Source: Candidatus Fermentithermobacillaceae bacterium
GTDB lineage: Bacteria; Bacillota; Sulfobacillia; Fermentithermobacillales; Fermentithermobacillaceae
Reading direction: 5' to 3'
Assembly: GCA_012842105.1 (NCBI GenBank)
Contig: DUTL01000294.1
Location: forward strand, 1-41,393
Length of the DNA stretch: 41,393 nt
The position numbers and the translations under genes are program-made. The notes below the pieces were generated by a model. It saw only the letters and a program-made list of their open reading frames with translations. It was not told where the DNA came from and did no database searches. Numbering within the stretch: position 1 is the stretch's first letter; the number at the start of each line of letters is the position of its first letter. Shown here piece after piece: positions 18,168 through 26,276 of the stretch.

Positions 18168-19406
18168 TTGAACCAATGCCCTAATGTGAGAATTGACGTC
18201 AAAATCAGAAGTAAGTATGCTAAGCCCTGTAGTATTTGCCGTTGGTTGTTCGCGCTAGCGGCGTTAGTGGCCGTTATTTTGATCGCAGGATGCCAACAGC
18301 CTGTGGAACCGCCTGCTCTTCCTGCCCTTTCCGATGAAGAGATGCTAACCAGGGCCGTTTCCATTATAGAGAGAATTGTAGAAGATGCAAGGCTCTGCCA
18401 CAGGGAGACAGTATTCAAGATAAACGCCGCAGTAGATAATGGCAGAGTTACGTTGACGGGAGAAGCAACTGAGAAACAACTAAAAGAATCCATATGTTCA
18501 GCAATATCCGGGATTCACGGTGCAAAGACAGTTGATCAGGTAACTATGTTGCCTGATCCCGAACTGGGTGAGAAGGTATGGGCAGTTGTCAAAGAGCCGG
18601 TTATAAACCTGGGTGACGCCCCGGGCCAGGCAGAAGGAAAAAACACTGTTACCCAGGCGAGAATGGGCGATGTCATGCATGTCCTGGCCCAGAATGATGG
18701 CTGGTACCTGGTTCAGATGGAAGATAATTACCTTGGTTGGGTTGATCCAGGCAGTGTTGCCCTTTACGACCCTGCCTCTTTGGATGATTTTTGGTGTGGA
18801 CAAGTGGCCCTGATAGCAGCCAAGATGACAGAAGCTATGGATAAACCCAATGGCCGGATGTTGTTCAATAAGTGGTTGGTACAGGGTTCAGTACTCCCCC
18901 TGGCGTCAATTGGCGAGAAATGGGCTGAGCTTAGCCTTCCCGGCGGCGGGAGCGCTTTTGCCAGAACCGGCAGCATCAAGGTTATTCCGGATCGGGACAG
19001 CGTGTTCGCAGAACAAAAGGCTGCAGCTGATGTAATCGCAACTGCGCAGCAGTACGCCGGCCTTCCCTACCTCTGGGGAGGATGTACTTCCTACGGCTTT
19101 GATTGCTCAGGTTTTACTCAATTTTGCATGAAGATGAATGGCTACCATATCAGAAGAGATGCTGACATGCAATATGAACAGGGCACTCCTGTGAAGTCAG
19201 TAGATGACCTGAAACCTGGAGACCTTGTGTTTTTCGAGACATACAGGCCTGGCCCTTCCCATGTAGGCATTTACATCGGTGATTACCGTTATATTCATGC
19301 AGGAAGCAGTGCCGGAGTAGCTGTTAACAGCTTCTCCCCTTCCCACACTGATTACTCAGCGTCTTTGGCCGGCAAATTCCTTGAGGGGCGCCGGATAATC
19401 AAATGA
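18168..19406 (+). CDS. Lipoprotein peptidoglycan endopeptidase with BON-like domain, two SH3b-like domains and NlpC/P60 domain
   Basis: Lipobox LIAGC and a BON-like segment (VDNGRVTLTGEA....K....AISGIHGAKTVDQV). SH3b-like segment GDVMHVLAQNDGWYLVQMEDNYLGWVD. C-terminal NlpC/P60 catalytic context YLWGG....GFDCSGF ... SHVGIY.. IHA. TTG start after AAAAGGAGG. Confidence 0.8.
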   Translation: MNQCPNVRIDVKIRSKYAKPCSICRWLFALAALVAVILIAGCQQPVEPPALPALSDEEMLTRAVSIIERIVEDARLCHRETVFKINAAVDNGRVTLTGEATEKQLKESICSAISGIHGAKTVDQVTMLPDPELGEKVWAVVKEPVINLGDAPGQAEGKNTVTQARMGDVMHVLAQNDGWYLVQMEDNYLGWVDPGSVALYDPASLDDFWCGQVALIAAKMTEAMDKPNGRMLFNKWLVQGSVLPLASIGEKWAELSLPGGGSAFARTGSIKVIPDRDSVFAEQKAAADVIATAQQYAGLPYLWGGCTSYGFDCSGFTQFCMKMNGYHIRRDADMQYEQGTPVKSVDDLKPGDLVFFETYRPGPSHVGIYIGDYRYIHAGSSAGVAVNSFSPSHTDYSASLAGKFLEGRRIIK

Positions 19407-19482
19407 GGCAACCGGGGGAGGTTCGAATATCCTGTTTGAAGAACAATGGAGGGCTGTCCAGGCTGTGTTTCGGCTCGGGACA

Positions 19483-19519
19483 AAGGCGGTATTTCCCCTA
19501 ACCCGGGCAATACCGCCTT
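19483..19519. terminator. Hairpin between convergent genes (bidirectional terminator candidate)
   Basis: AAGGCGGTATT (19483-19493) is the exact reverse complement of AATACCGCCTT (19509-19519). The loop is 15 nt and neither side has a clear U-tract. Confidence 0.5.
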
Positions 19520-19531
19520 ACGTTGTATATC

Positions 19532-20368
19532 CTAGCCAAGTGCCCCGCCTGATGTTGGGATCAAGACGACCTCCCCGGGTACCAGCACATTTGGATCTGC
19601 GATCTGAGGGTTGAAAGCAACAAGTTCAGCCAAACTCACAGCGAAGGTTTGTGCAATGAGGAACATGGTATCACCTGATCTTACAACATACCTGCGGCCT
19701 GGAGAAGGTGCGGGCCCGGGGGTTGGCGCCGGAGGTTTCCCTTTAGGCACAATTATTATCTCTCCTACTATAATCACATCCGGGTTTCTTACCTGCGGGT
19801 TAGCTCGTATGAGAACTTCCAGCGGTACGCCGAACCTTCTGGCTATGCCAAACATAGTATCGCCTGCTTGAACCACGTACTCAGTTCTCTCTGCCGGAGG
19901 CAGGGCAGGAGGTTTTTCCGGTGGCATTGACGGCGGTGAAACAGCCTCGCCGGGCAGGCTTATTTGACATTTTTCTGCTATCTTCCGCAACAGCCGTATT
20001 TGCTCTGCTTTGCGCCGTGTTACCCTCTCAAGCACGGCCCGTTGAGCAGGGTGCGATGCATGTGGATCTATGATGATGTACCCATTGTCAATTACCCTCA
20101 TAAAGTGGCCATGAACAACTACTATGCACGTCACGAAATCATCAGGAATGGTTATGTCAACTACGGCGATTGTGCTATCAACCCCCATGGCAGCCATTAG
20201 CTCAGTACAGTCATGGAGAACGTGTCTGTGTATGGATACCACCTGGTCTACTTCCTCAAGGCAGTCATGCCTGCCGGCCATCTCGAGGCACTTTTCCAAT
20301 ACCGGAACCATCTGTTTTTCAGTTGTCCAAGTAAGATTGCAAGCATCGTGAAGGGTGCTCTCAGTCAT
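19532..20368 (-). CDS. Double-LysM protein with an unrecognised Cys/His-rich N-terminal domain
   Basis: Two C-terminal LysM repeats (YVVQAGDTMFGIARRFGV..EVLIRANP and YVVRSGDTMFLIAQTFAV..AELVAFNP) are separated by Pro-rich linkers. The N-terminal domain of about 150 aa matches nothing I recognise, and no signal peptide or TM helix is apparent. ATG-20368 (GGAGAGGAG RBS) is preferred over the tracked 20404. Confidence 0.7.
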   Translation of the reverse strand: MTESTLHDACNLTWTTEKQMVPVLEKCLEMAGRHDCLEEVDQVVSIHRHVLHDCTELMAAMGVDSTIAVVDITIPDDFVTCIVVVHGHFMRVIDNGYIIIDPHASHPAQRAVLERVTRRKAEQIRLLRKIAEKCQISLPGEAVSPPSMPPEKPPALPPAERTEYVVQAGDTMFGIARRFGVPLEVLIRANPQVRNPDVIIVGEIIIVPKGKPPAPTPGPAPSPGRRYVVRSGDTMFLIAQTFAVSLAELVAFNPQIADPNVLVPGEVVLIPTSGGALG

Positions 20369-20472
20369 TTCTCCTCTCCCCCTGGATCGATAAAAATGGG
20401 ACATGACGGTAGTCTCTCTTTCAACCTATGTCCCTGTAAGGCTTTTGGTTACTTTGCTTAGGCGTTATATAG

Positions 20473-20781
20473 CTACTTTTGCTTCTTTTTGGGATCAGTG
20501 TACCGGTCTGCGCGTGAATTGGGCCACGGCCAAATATCCTGATCAAGCCAGAAGTTTTCAGGTTCCTTCCAGAACCAGTCCTCTTCCGGGTCCATTGCAG
20601 AGCTTGCGCTCTCTGTAGTAGCGTTTGTTGTTGCATCCGAATGAGGCTCATCTGTTTCAACACTAGGCTCATGTCTTTCTATGCCGTTTTCTCCATAGTA
20701 GGCTTTTTGATAGGCCTCATCAGGCAGCTTTCCAGGCGGGCCTGGGAAAATGTCGTCCTTATCTAATGCCATTGCCATCAT
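20473..20781 (-). CDS. Small acidic Trp-rich hypothetical protein
   Basis: 102 aa with a strong RBS (AAAGGAGGAATCTAA-ATG). Acidic and low in complexity, with DWFWKEPENFWLDQDIWPWP near the C-terminus and a KKKQK tail. It is the first gene of the lexA-divergent transcription unit and matches no family I recognise. Confidence 0.55.
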   Translation of the reverse strand: MMAMALDKDDIFPGPPGKLPDEAYQKAYYGENGIERHEPSVETDEPHSDATTNATTESASSAMDPEEDWFWKEPENFWLDQDIWPWPNSRADRYTDPKKKQK

Positions 20782-20897
20782 TTAGATTCCTCCTTTGTGC
20801 AATTTCACGTTAGTAAAGCGTTTCCCAAGATTCCGCCTGAATATTCACCAGGATACCAAACTGACGTTTGCTTTTGCGGCCGGTTGATGATAAACTC

Positions 20898-20926
20898 TTA
20901 ACCAAGAAGAGCGCTTCTCTCACAAT
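20898..20926 (+). promoter_or_regulatory. Candidate lexA promoter (TTAACC-17-CACAAT) with a 14-nt palindrome AGAAGAGCGCTTCT in the spacer (candidate LexA operator)
   Basis: In the palindrome at 20905-20918, 6 of 7 positions pair. Its layout is GAAG-N4-CTTC, the same geometry as the Firmicute SOS box GAAC-N4-GTTC. It lies 30 nt upstream of the lexA ATG. Confidence 0.4.
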
Positions 20927-20948
20927 AGTTTCAAGAGGAGAGGTAATC

Positions 20949-21560
20949 ATGGAGAAACTAACTTTTCAGCAAGCCAGGGTACTCAAGGCCATCCGGCAGT
21001 ACATTCGCGAAACCGGTTATCCCCCGTCAGTAAGAGAACTAGGCAAAAGGTTGGGCCTAAAATCCACAGCCACTGTCCATAGCCATCTTAGAACCCTTGA
21101 ACGCAAAGGGTACCTGATGAGAACTGCCCAAAAATCGCGAGCATTTACCGTTGTAGGCGATGACAAAGACAATCAGCCTGCTCCGGCTGTAATGGTGCCG
21201 GTGGTAGGCATGGTTCGGGCCGGCGTGCCCGTGCTTGCTGTTGAGAACATAGATGAATTTGTGCCTCTTCCCCGTTCATTTGTCAGAAGTGAAAACGTAT
21301 TCATGCTTCAAGTTGAGGGCGACAGCATGATAGGCGCAGGCATTTTTGACGGAGATCTCGTCCTCGTGAGGCAGCAAGAATCGGCAGATAACGGCGATAT
21401 TGTGGTAGCGCTGCTTGATGACGAAGCAACGGTGAAAACTTTTTACAAAGAAGAAGACACCATCAGGTTGCAGCCGCAAAACCCAAACCTGAGCCCAATC
21501 ATCTCAAAGGACGTTCGGATACTTGGCAAGGTTATAGGGTTGTATCGTTCTCTCCACTGA
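20949..21560 (+). CDS. lexA: LexA SOS repressor
   Basis: Winged-helix N-domain (GYPPSVRELG...ST..VHSHL..LE.KGY), Ala-Gly cleavage site (VRAGVP), and catalytic Ser (GDSM) and Lys (VKTF). ATG-20949 follows AGAGGAGAGG. The tracked TTG-20868 extension is non-coding. Confidence 0.95.
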   Translation: MEKLTFQQARVLKAIRQYIRETGYPPSVRELGKRLGLKSTATVHSHLRTLERKGYLMRTAQKSRAFTVVGDDKDNQPAPAVMVPVVGMVRAGVPVLAVENIDEFVPLPRSFVRSENVFMLQVEGDSMIGAGIFDGDLVLVRQQESADNGDIVVALLDDEATVKTFYKEEDTIRLQPQNPNLSPIISKDVRILGKVIGLYRSLH

Positions 21561-21631
21561 ATTTAGGCGTTGCACATGTTGTATGCGCGGTGTTCGAATG
21601 GCGGGTGCTATTTTCCGGTTGGGCGGTGTAT

Positions 21632-22957
21632 CTAAGAGGTTTTCATTTCCAGGCCATCCAAAGCGTCTTTTGCCTTCATACATGCATATATAACGTGCTC
21701 CTTGGTAAGCCCTCCCTGCAGGTATGCAGAGTACGGGAATTTGAACGGGCCGTCACAAGAGAGTTCTATCGAAGACCCTTGAACGAACGTACCTGCGGCC
21801 ATGATGACCTTGTGGGCATATCCCGGCATCTCCCAGGGTTCAGGAGCAGCAAAAGAATCCACAGGTGAAGCAGCTTGCACCGCTCTGGCCATGGTTTTCA
21901 GCGCCTCAGGTTGTTCCAGGATAATCTGCTGAACAATGTCTCCCCTTCTCTCAAATGGCCCCGGATCTGTTTTATAACCCAGTTTGCTGAAAAACAAGGC
22001 TGCAAAGCATGCGCCTTTAAGAGCTTCTCCAACTACTTTGGGTGCAAGAAACAGGCCCTGGTACACGTCTCTATACCCGTATGGGTTACTGCCTGCCTCC
22101 TTTCCAAGCCCGGGAGCATAGAGCGATTCTGCAACCAGGTTAACGTAACTCTCAGGGCCAACCACATACCCTCCTGTGGCTGCCAATCCTCCTCCGGGGT
22201 TTTTGATCAGGGAACCTGCCGTGATTGAAACGCCAAGGGCCGGAGGCTCATACACGTCTGTAAACTCGCAGTAGCAGTTGTCGACAAATGTAATGACATG
22301 AGGCCATCTCCTGTTGATGATTTCCATGAATACCTCAAGCGACGCCATTGATATGGTTTTTCTATGAGAATAGCCTCTTGAACGCTGAATAAGAATCAAT
22401 GTGGTTCCGGGGCTGATATGTTTTTCAAGTTGGTTTTCCAATGTGCTACTGTCAATGGTTCCTGACTCAAAATCAACCAGGCATGAACACTCGCGATATT
22501 TGACTCCCAGCGCCAGCAAACTGCCTGGCGCTATGTCAGAGGCTTGCCGTTCAGGAGGGTTAATGCCTATTACCGGCCGGAGTGTTTCATAGGGTGTTCC
22601 GGTAACCGACAAGATCTCATTTCCAGGCCGTAAAAGCCCGTAAAGAGCTGTCTTAAGGACGTGGGTTCCCGAAGTCCAGGCAAGACGTACAAGCGAAGAT
22701 TCTCCGCCAAAGATTTGCGCAAATAAGTTCTCTAACCCTTCCCTACCTGTATCCTGGTACCCATAACCGGTGGACGGCCACATGTGGGAAAGAGAAATTC
22801 TTGTCCTGGTAAAAGCACGGAGCACCCTGACCTGGTTCGAAAATACAAGATCCTCTATGCGTTTCCAAACATCAGGCAACTCCCTCATACATCTCAGAGC
22901 CAGCTCAAGTGTATTCTCTGCTATATCAAGGCAACTATGGCATAATTTCAACGGCAT
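21632..22957 (-). CDS. ynbB: YnbB-family PLP-dependent protein (methionine gamma-lyase-like / 'aluminium resistance' family)
   Basis: About 440 aa and downstream of hflX, as in the B. subtilis ynbA-ynbB pair. The family call rests on that synteny and overall size and composition; I did not locate a PLP-lysine motif by eye. ATG-22957 lies 1 nt after the hflX stop. The tracked start at 22990 overlaps hflX. Confidence 0.7.
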   Translation of the reverse strand: MPLKLCHSCLDIAENTLELALRCMRELPDVWKRIEDLVFSNQVRVLRAFTRTRISLSHMWPSTGYGYQDTGREGLENLFAQIFGGESSLVRLAWTSGTHVLKTALYGLLRPGNEILSVTGTPYETLRPVIGINPPERQASDIAPGSLLALGVKYRECSCLVDFESGTIDSSTLENQLEKHISPGTTLILIQRSRGYSHRKTISMASLEVFMEIINRRWPHVITFVDNCYCEFTDVYEPPALGVSITAGSLIKNPGGGLAATGGYVVGPESYVNLVAESLYAPGLGKEAGSNPYGYRDVYQGLFLAPKVVGEALKGACFAALFFSKLGYKTDPGPFERRGDIVQQIILEQPEALKTMARAVQAASPVDSFAAPEPWEMPGYAHKVIMAAGTFVQGSSIELSCDGPFKFPYSAYLQGGLTKEHVIYACMKAKDALDGLEMKTS

Positions 22958-22958
22958 A

Positions 22959-24245
22959 TCATCCTGAAAGCTTTTTTCTGAACCTGTCAATATCTACCGG
23001 ATCTAGCCTGCATGTAATCCTTGCTCCCGACTCTTCATGAACCTCTTCAAGGATTGATCCTGCATCCCTGATTTCAGATAAAACGTCCCACATAGAATAC
23101 GGTATTGATAATGAAACAACTTGGGTATGCGCCACAAGTTGCTCTTCAACCAGCACAGCCAGATCATCAAGGCCATATCCCTTCAAAGCAGAAATGCCTA
23201 ACGCCTTGCCTCTGATTCCTGCAAGCGTGTCCATGTCCTGGTACAAGACTTTGTCGGCCTTATTAAGGACAGTAATGGTAGGCAGTTGTGAGGCTCCCAA
23301 TTCTTCCAGTACATCGTCTACGGTCTTGACTTGCTGTATCCATGTTGGGGACGAAATATCAACAACGTGAACAAGCAGGTCTGCCTCGAGTGATTCTTCC
23401 AGGGTTGACCGGAAAGCAAAAACCAGATCATGGGGCAAACCCTGAATAAATCCAACTGTGTCTGAAAGCAACGCTACCTTTCCTGACGGCAGAACCCACT
23501 TTCTGGTCCATGGATCAAGGGTGGCAAACAGCATGTCGTCACATAGCACTTGCTCTCCTGTGAGCGCCTTAAAAAGCGTAGACTTGCCGGCGTTTGTGTA
23601 GCCCACCAGAGAGACCTGGGGAATTTGCGAATCTCGCCGGCGTTTTCTCTGCTCTTCCCTAACTCTACGGACTTTGTCGATGTCTCTGGTAAGCTGGGAT
23701 ATCCGTTTTCTCAGCACTCTCCGGTCTATCTCAAGTTTTTGCTCTCCAGGGCCCCGGGTGCCAATGCCTGCCCCCAGGCTGGACATGGCTGTGCCGTGGC
23801 CTGTAAGGCGGGTAAGCTCATGCCTTCTGGTGGCAAGTTCAACCTGTAGTTTGCCTTCCTTGGTCTTGGCGCGTTGCGCAAATATTCCGAGAATAACCTG
23901 CGTGCGATCAAGAACGTTAGCTCCAAGAGCTTCCTCCAGGTTATTGGATTGGGTCGGAGAAAGCTGACCATCAATCAACACATAGGAAACTTCATAGTCT
24001 GCAACGAGCTCAGCCACTTCCTGAACTTTGCCTTTACCCAGGTAAGTAGCTGGATCAGGCGAAGGCCTATCCTGAATGATTGTCTCTGCCACTTCCATGC
24101 CAAGGGTTTCAGCCAGGCGTACAAGTTCCCCGGCAGACTCCGCTGCTGTAAGCGATATTTCATCACGGTGTTTCGCCTTTGCCGCCCTATTGTCTATGGC
24201 GCATATGATGGCCCTTATGTTTTCTGGCTTTGCCAGCTTGTTCAA
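22959..24245 (-). CDS. hflX: GTPase HflX
   Basis: HflX N-domain followed by a GTPase domain with G1 GYTNAGKST, DTVGF and NKAD. TTG-24245 lies 6 nt after AGGAGGG. The tracked ATG-24293 lies upstream of that RBS. Confidence 0.9.
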   Translation of the reverse strand: MNKLAKPENIRAIICAIDNRAAKAKHRDEISLTAAESAGELVRLAETLGMEVAETIIQDRPSPDPATYLGKGKVQEVAELVADYEVSYVLIDGQLSPTQSNNLEEALGANVLDRTQVILGIFAQRAKTKEGKLQVELATRRHELTRLTGHGTAMSSLGAGIGTRGPGEQKLEIDRRVLRKRISQLTRDIDKVRRVREEQRKRRRDSQIPQVSLVGYTNAGKSTLFKALTGEQVLCDDMLFATLDPWTRKWVLPSGKVALLSDTVGFIQGLPHDLVFAFRSTLEESLEADLLVHVVDISSPTWIQQVKTVDDVLEELGASQLPTITVLNKADKVLYQDMDTLAGIRGKALGISALKGYGLDDLAVLVEEQLVAHTQVVSLSIPYSMWDVLSEIRDAGSILEEVHEESGARITCRLDPVDIDRFRKKLSG

Positions 24246-24348
24246 ATGTGTCCCTCCTGTTGCTACCCTGTGCCTACTACAATTATACAACATCGCTTAT
24301 CCAAATTCCTGGGTGCCTGGAAGCAACCGGTATCCGCGCTCGCTCAGA

Positions 24349-25314
24349 CTATCGCGGCCAAGCCGGAGCCACTGACGACTCCAGCAATTCCCTTGAGGTT
24401 ATAAGCATGAGATCCTGGCGGCTGAAGGATCCGTCACTGACCAGGCGGACTGCCTGCCTTCGAATGGCCTTTTCAATGAGATTCCTGACCATTCTGGCGT
24501 TTGACGGAATTGTCTCCTGTTCGATTTTTTCCTTGATAATATTCTCAAGTAGCGAAAGCAAACCATCAGCAAGCCTGTACTCTCTCTTTTTCAGCATCAG
24601 GCAAGCTATCTTGACCAGCTCGTCAACTGTGTAGTCTGGAAAACTGAGGTGAATAGGAAACCGCGAACGTAAACCCGGGTTGGTATTGAGAAAGCTCTCA
24701 ATTTCTCTGGGGTAACCTGCGAGGATAAAGACCATATCCTTTGCATGATCTTCCATTCCCTTGACAATGCAATCAATGCACTCTTTGCCGAAATCCTTCT
24801 CCCCGCCCCTGGCTAAGGAATAGGCTTCGTCTATGAAGAGGATGCCTCCCAGAGCTTTGCGTATGCTTTCCCTGGTTTTTTGCGCTGTGTGGCCAATATA
24901 CTCTCCTACAAGATCGGCTCTCTCAACTTCCACTACATGCCCCTTGTCCAGCAGCCCCCCTTGGAATAGCAGCCTCCCCAGTATGCGCGCAATAGTGGTT
25001 TTCCCGGTTCCCGGATTTCCCTTGAAGATCATGTGGAGTATTGTGTTTTCCTCAGCCAGGCCTGCTTTGCTCCTGCGTTTTTGGACTTCGGCAAAAGCAT
25101 AGATTTCAAATACAAGTTCCTTTATATGTGACAAGCCGACTAACGAGTTCAGCTCTTCTAAGGCGCTTTCACCCAGAAAATGGCTTGATTTCGAAAATCC
25201 TTTGAAAAGCCGATCCTGAGTTTTTGTGTCTTCATATAGCCTGGCTCCCCTGGTTGACACAACTCTCAGAACGGGCCTGTTACCGTGAACTGCGATGTTG
25301 ATTCCTCCCCACAC
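24349..25314 (-). CDS. spoVK: AAA+ ATPase, stage V sporulation protein K-like
   Basis: Walker A GNPGTGKTT and Walker B ILFIDEAY, with a CbxX/SpoVK-type layout. Located upstream of hflX as in B. subtilis. The GTG start is uncertain. Confidence 0.8.
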   Translation of the reverse strand: MWGGINIAVHGNRPVLRVVSTRGARLYEDTKTQDRLFKGFSKSSHFLGESALEELNSLVGLSHIKELVFEIYAFAEVQKRRSKAGLAEENTILHMIFKGNPGTGKTTIARILGRLLFQGGLLDKGHVVEVERADLVGEYIGHTAQKTRESIRKALGGILFIDEAYSLARGGEKDFGKECIDCIVKGMEDHAKDMVFILAGYPREIESFLNTNPGLRSRFPIHLSFPDYTVDELVKIACLMLKKREYRLADGLLSLLENIIKEKIEQETIPSNARMVRNLIEKAIRRQAVRLVSDGSFSRQDLMLITSRELLESSVAPAWPR

Positions 25315-25601
25315 CCATAAACTATCCCGGCGGGATCATTATACGCATCAAGGCGCTGAGATGATATTGAGGCCTGTGCTCAACACGTGAACCACAGCAA
25401 CACGTATATAAGTCCAGATTCCGCGCTTTGCAGAAATTCGTACCCCATGTAAAAAGCAGCAGCCCCGGCCTGGTTCCTGTCAGGCAGAGGCTGATTGCGC
25501 TTGCGACTGAATGTACCTGCAATGTACGTACGCGGCGCGGTGTTTGCCTAATATGCTGTGCGCCTATGTGCGCCTGGCTTCTACAGTGATTTGTACAGCC
25601 C

Positions 25602-25817
25602 CTAAGTGAGCGGCCTGTGTTCTTGATCTTTGTTCTTGCGCTTACTTTGCCTGTGAGGCTTATCATCATCCGGGAGATCTGTGTATACTTGTGGATCTTT
25701 CTCAAATGCGTCTCTGCACCTATCTGAGCAGAAATGATAGGTCTGCCCCTTGAAGTCTGACCGTATGGACTTGTCATAATCACTGACATTCATTCCACAC
25801 ACGGGGTCTCTTGGCAT
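25602..25817 (-). CDS. YHS-domain (TRASH-like) small metal-binding protein
   Basis: Matches the YHS pattern with DPVCGM.V......S.FKGQTYHFCSDRCRDAFEKDPQVY. ATG-25817 follows GGGAGGTGATAAT. Charged C-terminal tail. Confidence 0.75.
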   Translation of the reverse strand: MPRDPVCGMNVSDYDKSIRSDFKGQTYHFCSDRCRDAFEKDPQVYTDLPDDDKPHRQSKRKNKDQEHRPLT

Positions 25818-26003
25818 ATTATCACCTCCCTGCACGAGTGCCACTTACAGAGAGGAGTATACCCAAACACGCCGAATTCATGCCTGGATACCACTTTGCC
25901 GTGGAGGGCACGCTACGCCGCATGCCCGGCTAAACAGACATCCCTTGCCGGCTGTGCCGTTGGTATGGGCCGGGGTATCAGTTCTGCAGCCCCTCGTCAT
26001 TGG

Positions 26004-26261
26004 TTACATTGAGGCGTCAGGTTCCTTGTCTCTTTGCACCGGCATGTTGACGGGTTTGATAGGGTTAATGGTTGAAATCGCATGCTTGTATATGAGCATC
26101 TGCTTACCGTCTACATCGAGAAGAACAGTGTAGCTGTCAAAAGCTTTGACCAAGCCTTTCAGTTGAAATCCGTTGACAAGGTATACCGTTGTAAGGATAT
26201 TGTCTTTTCTAATCTGGTTTAAGTAGCTGTCTTGAAGATTAATTATGCTTTTCGCACTCAT
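26004..26261 (-). CDS. hfq: RNA chaperone Hfq
   Basis: Sm1/Sm2 motifs LQD.YLN..RK....[21 protein letters not shown]....[22 protein letters not shown]. Lies downstream of miaA. Confidence 0.95.
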   Translation of the reverse strand: MSAKSIINLQDSYLNQIRKDNILTTVYLVNGFQLKGLVKAFDSYTVLLDVDGKQMLIYKHAISTINPIKPVNMPVQRDKEPDASM

Positions 26262-26276
26262 GTTAGTTCCCTCCAG

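Noticed and set aside
20782-20948. Canonical Firmicute SOS box (CGAACNNNNGTTCG) in the lexA divergent region
   Set aside because: No GAAC-N4-GTTC is present on either strand. Only the GAAG-N4-CTTC variant and a TGAATATTCA palindrome occur, and both are reported separately as hypotheses.
25322-25789. 155-aa ORF on the minus strand
   Set aside because: It overlaps the well-supported YHS-domain gene in another frame and runs through the spoVK promoter and terminator region. The composition is basic and low in complexity, and there is no RBS.
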